Made by a program: the position numbers and the translations under genes. From Alphaproteobacteria bacterium (GTDB lineage: Bacteria > Pseudomonadota > Alphaproteobacteria > Micavibrionales > Micavibrionaceae), in NCBI GenBank assembly GCA_046542355.1, contig JBKHBN010000001.1, positions 129,215 through 161,214 of the forward strand: 32,000 nucleotides of DNA, in the 5' to 3' direction. The notes beneath the pieces are model-generated. The model was not told where the DNA came from, did not search any database, and worked only from the letters and a program-made list of their open reading frames with translations. Positions 28,427-32,000 of this stretch are shown in pieces. Position 1 is the first letter of the stretch; each line of letters opens with the position of its first letter.

Positions 28427-28531
28427 AATGTAATCCTTTCCTTGTCCTGTGATTTTATTTTTTTACAGACACCCAACCAATAGATATATAAAGAAAGAGT
28501 TCCTTGCCAGCAACAACAACCAAAGAAATTC

Positions 28532-28556
28532 GGAACTTCTCACCTTATTCCGCGTT
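28532..28556 (+). promoter_or_regulatory. EcfG (SigT/RpoE2)-type general stress response promoter, GGAAC-N16-CGTT
   Basis: GGAAC at 28532-28536, an exactly 16-nt spacer, and CGTT at 28553-28556. The -10 element lies 37 nt upstream of the DUF1328 ATG. This matches the published alphaproteobacterial EcfG consensus GGAAC-N16/17-cGTT. Confidence 0.6.
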
Positions 28557-28593
28557 GGTGTGATCAACAAACCACTGAAAAAGGAGGATTATC

Positions 28594-28770
28594 ATGCTTG
28601 GATGGGCTGTCTTGTTTTTTATAATCGCAATTATAGCTGGCGTATTAGGACTTGGGGGCGTAGCGGTACTCGCAGCAGATATCGCACAGCTAATATTCTT
28701 TGTATTCATTGCCCTTTTTATAGTGGCTGCCACAGTGCACGCTGTTAAGGGTCACTACCCACCTGCTTAA
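28594..28770 (+). CDS. DUF1328 (UPF0391/YtjA-like) small membrane protein
   Basis: 58 aa, below the ORF-track cutoff. SD AAGGAGGA at 28581-28588. Translation [58 protein letters not shown] has the family-typical MLxWAxxFxxIAxIAGxLGFGG...A start. TAA at 28768-28770. Confidence 0.85.
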   Translation: MLGWAVLFFIIAIIAGVLGLGGVAVLAADIAQLIFFVFIALFIVAATVHAVKGHYPPA

Positions 28771-28867
28771 AACGTGGACATTGCGGCCTCGCAATCTAAC
28801 GAGAGCCAGAATCAAAAACCTAATTAAAGAAGAACACAGCAATAAAGTCTATTAATAGGAGAAAACA

Positions 28868-29041
28868 ATGAATAATAAAGGACTTCTAATTATTATAATT
28901 CTGCTATTACTCGGAATTTTTGCGATCATTTTAATGGAAGCGACCGAAGAATCTCCCAGCGAACAAATTGCCAACGATATAGGCGAAGTAACAGAAGAAC
29001 TCGGCAATCAGCTTGACGAGATAACAGCCGATACGAACTAG
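28868..29041 (+). CDS. Small single-pass membrane protein with acidic C-terminal tail (57 aa)
   Basis: Below the ORF-track cutoff. SD AGGAG lies 7 nt upstream of the ATG at 28868. Translation: MNNKGLLIIIILLLLGIFAIILMEATEESPSEQIANDIGEVTEELGNQLDEITADTN. TAG at 29039-29041. Confidence 0.6.
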   Translation: MNNKGLLIIIILLLLGIFAIILMEATEESPSEQIANDIGEVTEELGNQLDEITADTN

Positions 29042-29058
29042 ATAGCGTACTCATAAAA
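29039..29058 (+). repeat. Direct repeat A, copy 1 (TAGATAGCGTACTCATAAAA), starting on a TAG stop codon
   Basis: 19 of 20 nt identical to 31241-31260. Both copies begin exactly at the TAG stop of a plus-strand gene. Confidence 0.8.
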
Positions 29059-29174
29059 CAGAACAAAAGAACCGCGTAAGCATTTTTCAAAAAGTCCTGT
29101 TTTATTTCAGGAACTCTTTCAACGTTCATCAATTGGTAGACGTACAAACCCAAAAGAAAAAAGGAGAAATAACT

Positions 29175-30041
29175 ATGATTAAGGGATTTTTAACAGCCGT
29201 ATCAGTGATAGCGATTATGGGTTCTGCGCCCACACTGGCTGATACATACAATAAAGATGACATGTCTGGAAACACTTCAAAAACGGAAACAAAAGCACAT
29301 TCTGATGGGAGCTTCACAAAAGACGCCAAACAAGCCTGGCAAAACACTAAGGAAGATATGTCACAAGCCGCCGAAAACGTTTCGGAGGCAACAAAAGAGA
29401 CATATAAAAATATAAAATCCACCCTTACCGATGATAAGGATGCCACAACAAACAGCGTTAAAATTAATCGGCGCATGACGGCTTCAGGTATAATCGGTCA
29501 GCCAGTTTATAACAAAAACGGCGACCGCGTGGCGAAGGTTGAAGACATTATCCTAAACCGTAATGGAGAAGCGATTATGGTCGTTCTTGTAGATGGCGAA
29601 TGGACTGGACTTGGGAAAATGGCAGCATTCGACTATAACCTCATGACCAACCGCAGCGCACAAGGAGATGTTATAGCGCCTCTAACAGAAGAAATGATTA
29701 CCAATGCAGCATCTTTTTCTTACGACCGTGAAGATTACAGCAACACTGTAAAAGTAATTCCCAGCAACGGATATAGCATGACAGAACTTCTGGATGCCCA
29801 GCTTGTCAATCCGCAAGGCGAAAAAATGGCCGAAATTGACAACATCTCTTTGCAAAACGGAGAAGCTAAGCGCTTAATTGTCGAATACGGCGACATGATG
29901 GGTATTGGCGGAAATCGTGTTGCTCTGAACTATGATTCCGTAGAACTGGTACCTAATGGACGTGATAACGAGCTTGATTTTGAGCTAAGTACGGCACAGG
30001 CCCGCTATTTTGAAAATTTCAAAAACACGTCAAATCAATAG
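29175..30041 (+). CDS. Secreted protein with two PRC-barrel domains
   Basis: The ATG at 29175 has SD AAAGGAGA; the ORF-track start at 29133 is a TTG. Signal peptide MIKGFLTAVSVIAIMGSAPTLA/DT. A K/E/T-rich region follows, then two PRC-barrel-like repeats (IIGQPVYNKNGDRVAKVEDIILNRNGEAIMVVL and LLDAQLVNPQGEKMAEIDNISLQNGEAKRLIV). Confidence 0.8.
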   Translation: MIKGFLTAVSVIAIMGSAPTLADTYNKDDMSGNTSKTETKAHSDGSFTKDAKQAWQNTKEDMSQAAENVSEATKETYKNIKSTLTDDKDATTNSVKINRRMTASGIIGQPVYNKNGDRVAKVEDIILNRNGEAIMVVLVDGEWTGLGKMAAFDYNLMTNRSAQGDVIAPLTEEMITNAASFSYDREDYSNTVKVIPSNGYSMTELLDAQLVNPQGEKMAEIDNISLQNGEAKRLIVEYGDMMGIGGNRVALNYDSVELVPNGRDNELDFELSTAQARYFENFKNTSNQ

Positions 30042-30049
30042 TCTAGTAC
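30037..30049 (+). repeat. Direct repeat B, copy 1 (AATAGTCTAGTAC), overlapping the PRC-barrel gene's TAG stop
   Basis: 12 of 13 nt identical to 30396-30408. In both copies the same TAG is a stop codon. Confidence 0.7.
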
Positions 30050-30052
30050 TGT

Positions 30053-30081
30053 CTTGCCCGGCAAACCACTGCCCGGGCAAG
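30053..30081 (+). terminator. Stem-loop after the PRC-barrel gene (possible attenuator or terminator; no U-tract)
   Basis: A 9-bp perfect GC-rich stem CTTGCCCGG / CCGGGCAAG with an 11-nt loop. It is followed by CAGCAAATT rather than a T-run. Confidence 0.4.
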
Positions 30082-30148
30082 CAGCAAATTAAATCGTCGA
30101 TCACGGATAAAAAAATAACTCATAAAACCGAAGAAGGAGAGACATACA

Positions 30149-30400
30149 ATGTTTTTGCGAAACATGCTCACAGCCACACTTTGCTTGTTCATGGCAGGTT
30201 GTGGAAGCACAAAACAGACCGCGCACTTAGCGGCGGAGCCATTGGAGCCGACGCAGGTGCTGTAGGCAGCGCTATCACAGGAGGAGACGCCGGAGCTGGT
30301 GCAGATAGGTACAGTGATAGGCGGAGCGGTAGGTGCTGCCACTAGTGCCGCAATAAAAGAAGACGATGTCAATCTCAGCAAACCCGTATGGAGAAAATAG
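30149..30400 (+). pseudogene. OsmB-like glycine-zipper lipoprotein gene interrupted by two compensating frameshifts
   Basis: ATG at 30149 with SD GAAGGAGAG. The lipoprotein signal MFLRNMLTATLCLFMAGC-GSTKQT is read in frame 2, which stops at TAG 30263. The glycine zipper RALSGGAIGADAGAVGSAITGGDAGAGA is readable only in frame 1 (30220-30303). The terminal part QIGTVIGGAVGAATSAAIKEDDVNLSKPVWRK* returns to frame 2, ending at TAG 30398-30400. Confidence 0.55.
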
Positions 30401-30408
30401 TCTAGGAC
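30396..30408 (+). repeat. Direct repeat B, copy 2 (AATAGTCTAGGAC), overlapping the OsmB-like gene's TAG stop
   Basis: See copy 1. The two copies are spaced 359 bp apart and bracket exactly the OsmB-like locus. Confidence 0.7.
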
Positions 30409-30441
30409 GCATTAACATAACCAAAAACAAGGAGAGACACG

Positions 30442-30744
30442 ATGCCCGAAGAAAACCGTCCCCTTAATCTGGAAACATTATTTGACGACATGATATTCCC
30501 CGCAAACAAAACCGACCTCATCAGCCATGCACAGGAAAAAGAAACAACACAAGACACAATGACGTTACTGCGCGGTATGCCTGCAAGAGAATACCTGTCC
30601 TTAAACGATTTAAATCAAAGTCTATTTCTGCTGGAAGAATTACCCGGCGGAGAAAATCAATGGTCATCCGCACAAGCAAGTGCTCCGTTTCATAAAAAAG
30701 AACAAATCAAAACAAAACTGGCAGGAAAAGGAAAGGTGCGATAA
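30442..30744 (+). CDS. DUF2795 domain protein
   Basis: 100 aa. SD AAGGAGAG upstream. The stretch DMIFPANKTDLISHAQEKETTQDTMTLLRGMPAREYLSLNDLNQSL fits the DUF2795 pattern (FPa.K.eLi..A...ga...v...L..lp...Y.s..ev). Confidence 0.75.
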   Translation: MPEENRPLNLETLFDDMIFPANKTDLISHAQEKETTQDTMTLLRGMPAREYLSLNDLNQSLFLLEELPGGENQWSSAQASAPFHKKEQIKTKLAGKGKVR

Positions 30745-30748
30745 AAGA

Positions 30749-31243
30749 ATGCTTTCCGAATATCTGCCACAATCTCTTACTTTAACTGAAATTGTACTCC
30801 GCATTGCCGCAGCCGCGTGCGCTGGGCTTATTCTAGGGCTGGATCGCGACATAAAAGGCAAGCCCGTTGATTTCCGCGCCTATATGATTATTTGTATGGC
30901 CACAGCAATGATGGCCATGATTACGCAGGAATTATTAATCATAATGCCGCAAAATGCAGAAAACCTGAATCTGGATCCCTACCGGATTATCGAAGGGGTA
31001 TTGGTAGGCATCGGCTTTTTAGGCGCCGGAGCAATAATCAAAACCAACGAGAATAATGGCGGCAAAGAAGTCATCGGCACAGCCACCGGCGCGAGCATCT
31101 GGGCATCTTGCGGCATTGGCATGGCCATAGGCTTTGGACTATATATACTGGCAGGCATCACCTTTATAGGCATTTTCCTGACATTACGCCTATTCAGCCA
31201 CATAATGAAAAAAATATTCGATAAAGATAGTTTCCACGATTAG
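30749..31243 (+). CDS. MgtC/SapB family membrane protein
   Basis: The ATG at 30749 lies 4 nt after the DUF2795 stop; the ORF-track TTG at 30680 was rejected. The start MLSEYLPQSLTLTEIVLRIAAAACAGLILGLDRDIKGKPVDFRAYMIICMA matches the MgtC N-terminal pattern (..A...G..iG.eRe...k.aG.Rt). Four to five TM segments. Confidence 0.85.
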   Translation: MLSEYLPQSLTLTEIVLRIAAAACAGLILGLDRDIKGKPVDFRAYMIICMATAMMAMITQELLIIMPQNAENLNLDPYRIIEGVLVGIGFLGAGAIIKTNENNGGKEVIGTATGASIWASCGIGMAIGFGLYILAGITFIGIFLTLRLFSHIMKKIFDKDSFHD

Positions 31244-31260
31244 ATAGCGTCCTCATAAAA
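31241..31260 (+). repeat. Direct repeat A, copy 2 (TAGATAGCGTCCTCATAAAA), starting on the mgtC-family gene's TAG stop
   Basis: 19 of 20 nt identical to 29039-29058, which lies 2202 bp upstream. Confidence 0.8.
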
Positions 31261-31306
31261 TTTTTCCATTTTGCACGTATCAAATGTTTGATAGATACGC
31301 ATGAAA

Positions 31307-31449
31307 GACGCGCATGGACATAGCCATTGCTACGTTCAAGCGACTTGAATGCGGAGTTACAAAAATTTGCCGCACCCGCGGGTTTCCAAAACAAACGTAA
31401 TGAGCAGCGTTTTTGCCACTCGCATATGCGCTGCATGTCCATTCGTGTC
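31307..31449. other. Highly structured 143-nt element in a convergent intergenic gap (candidate ncRNA, or part of an 85-aa minus-strand ORF at 31194-31451)
   Basis: A 15-bp closing helix GACGCGCATGGACAT (31307-31321) / ATGTCCATTCGTGTC (31435-31449) has one mismatch and one G-U pair. It encloses the hairpins (CG)TTCAAG-cga-CTTGAA(TG) at 31333-31351 and GCAGCG-N-(G)CGCTGC at 31404-31434, plus the palindrome ACCCGCGGGT at 31374-31383. Confidence 0.35.
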
Positions 31450-31552
31450 AAAAACTTGCTCCTTTTACCTGTTTTGGAAACAGAATTGTAGAGATTTTAT
31501 AAATACGCTACCTAAGGCTGAAGGCTAAAGCTACACCAAAAAACAACCGCAT

Positions 31553-32000
31553 TTACGACGGCTCAATCGTCAAAGCCACCGGACGCGCAGAAACATAAAC
31601 ACCGTCCTTTAAAAACTGCACAGCACTTCCATCATTAAAATCAACACTATAGTCTTGAAACGGATTGCTCGGATCTAAAGTACACGTCCAGTAATAACGA
31701 TCCTTTTCATAAACGTCATCATGGATCATCCTCTCGCCCTGCTGAGCAATCATTTTCCTGTAAGAATACAAGCTTGAAGTTATCACTTTGTTACTCTCAC
31801 GTGGATTTCGGCCATGCATCATCTGCTTTGTTGGCATAAATAGTCCGGTTGTAACTGGCTGCCCCGATAAGCACGCCTGCTCATAAGCCTGCCGAATATA
31901 AGAAGCCAAATTTTCCTCATAAGTCACACCATCCAAGGCCTCACAACAATCACGGATATCAGCACCATCTAACCCATGATATCCTTTGATCTTCCGAATT
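31553..32000 (-). CDS. DUF1566 (Lcl C-terminal-like) domain protein, partial (5' end probably beyond the window)
   Basis: The frame stays open from 31936 to the window edge (...IRKIKGYHGLDGADIRDCCEALDGVTYEE...), and the ORF-track start is a TTG. The C-terminal part fits DUF1566: ACLSGQPVTTGLFMPTKQMM (the WRLPT..EL equivalent), then YYWTCTLDPSNPFQDYSVDFNDGSAVQFLKDGVYVSARPV. Confidence 0.6.
   Translation of the reverse strand, partial: IRKIKGYHGLDGADIRDCCEALDGVTYEENLASYIRQAYEQACLSGQPVTTGLFMPTKQMMHGRNPRESNKVITSSLYSYRKMIAQQGERMIHDDVYEKDRYYWTCTLDPSNPFQDYSVDFNDGSAVQFLKDGVYVSARPVALTIEPS

Noticed and set aside
28466-28503. A minus-strand GGAAC (28503-28499) followed by N16 and TATT, considered as an EcfG promoter for the OmpA-family gene, back-to-back with the DUF1328 promoter.
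   Set aside because: The -10 element does not match CGTT; only the terminal TT is shared. It is kept as a weak possibility to test alongside the main promoter, not as a feature.
29088-29110. GGAAC followed by CGTT upstream of the PRC-barrel gene, considered as a second EcfG promoter.
   Set aside because: The spacer is only 8 nt (GGAAC-tctttcaa-CGTT). No GTT-containing -10 element lies at the required 16-17-nt distance.
28926-29153. A 75-aa minus-strand ORF spanning direct repeat A copy 1.
   Set aside because: It is antisense to the SD-supported 57-aa gene and to the intergenic region. It has no SD. It shares only the repeat-encoded FM(S/R)TLS with the ORF at 31194-31451, so the similarity is at the nucleotide-repeat level, not the protein level.
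30010-30345. A 111-aa plus-strand ORF and the 112-aa antisense ORF at 30043-30381, considered as independent genes.
   Set aside because: The plus ORF starts inside the PRC-barrel gene and runs through the terminator-like hairpin. Only its glycine-zipper part makes sense, as the out-of-frame middle of the OsmB-like lipoprotein gene. The antisense ORF is the Ala/Gly/Ser-rich shadow of the same zipper.
31301-31348. A 15-codon His-rich plus-strand mini-ORF (MKDAHGHSHCYVQAT) inside the structured element.
   Set aside because: It has no SD, is very short, and overlaps the closing helix. It is most likely fortuitous.
1-32000. A search for CRISPR arrays, tandem repeats, IS elements or transposases, integrases, toxin-antitoxin pairs, retron or DGR-like reverse transcriptases, and rRNA.
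   Set aside because: I saw no regularly spaced repeats, no terminal inverted repeats flanking an ORF, and no ORF with DDE, tyrosine- or serine-recombinase, RT or typical TA signatures. The only RNA gene I can support is tRNA-Leu.

Overview
The window looks like a mostly housekeeping chromosomal segment of an alphaproteobacterium. Supporting this are a C4-pathway 5-aminolevulinate synthase (hemA), a Rickettsia-type 17-kDa glycine-zipper surface lipoprotein, a conserved xseB-ispA-dxs operon, and a perfect EcfG-type general-stress promoter. I see no rRNA, CRISPR array, transposase, integrase or phage genes.

Core genes:
- Cell envelope and lipid: a class A PBP, sppA, fabI.
- Isoprenoid, aromatic and haem biosynthesis: ispH, ispA, dxs, aroC, hemA.
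- Nucleic-acid and protein maintenance: rnhA, xseB, uvrC, htpG.
- Others: gmhA, a hotdog-fold thioesterase, a HAD hydrolase, and one tRNA-Leu(UAA).

Less ordinary parts:
1. A compact plus-strand cluster at about 28.5-31.3 kb has the makeup of a PhyR/EcfG general-stress islet. It runs DUF1328, a 57-aa membrane protein, a secreted double PRC-barrel protein, a frameshifted OsmB-like lipoprotein, DUF2795 and MgtC. Nested short direct repeats overlap the TAG stop codons of four of these genes.
2. A 143-nt multi-helix element, or an 85-aa basic Cys-containing ORF with a good SD, lies in the convergent gap after mgtC.
3. There are several orphan or possibly secreted proteins: a 470-aa orphan, a 484-aa Cys/aromatic-rich secreted protein, two divergent DUF1566 proteins, and a pentapeptide-repeat protein behind a very AT-rich spacer next to the tRNA.
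4. A DUF1025 'metallopeptidase' has lost its HExxH motif.
5. A 59-aa ORF with a strong SD falls below the ORF-track cutoff.

Nothing here is demonstrably a new multi-gene system from sequence alone, and each finding is marked as observed or inferred. The ORF track uses ATG, GTG and TTG as starts and always takes the longest ORF, so I trimmed several starts to internal ATGs where conserved N-termini indicated it.
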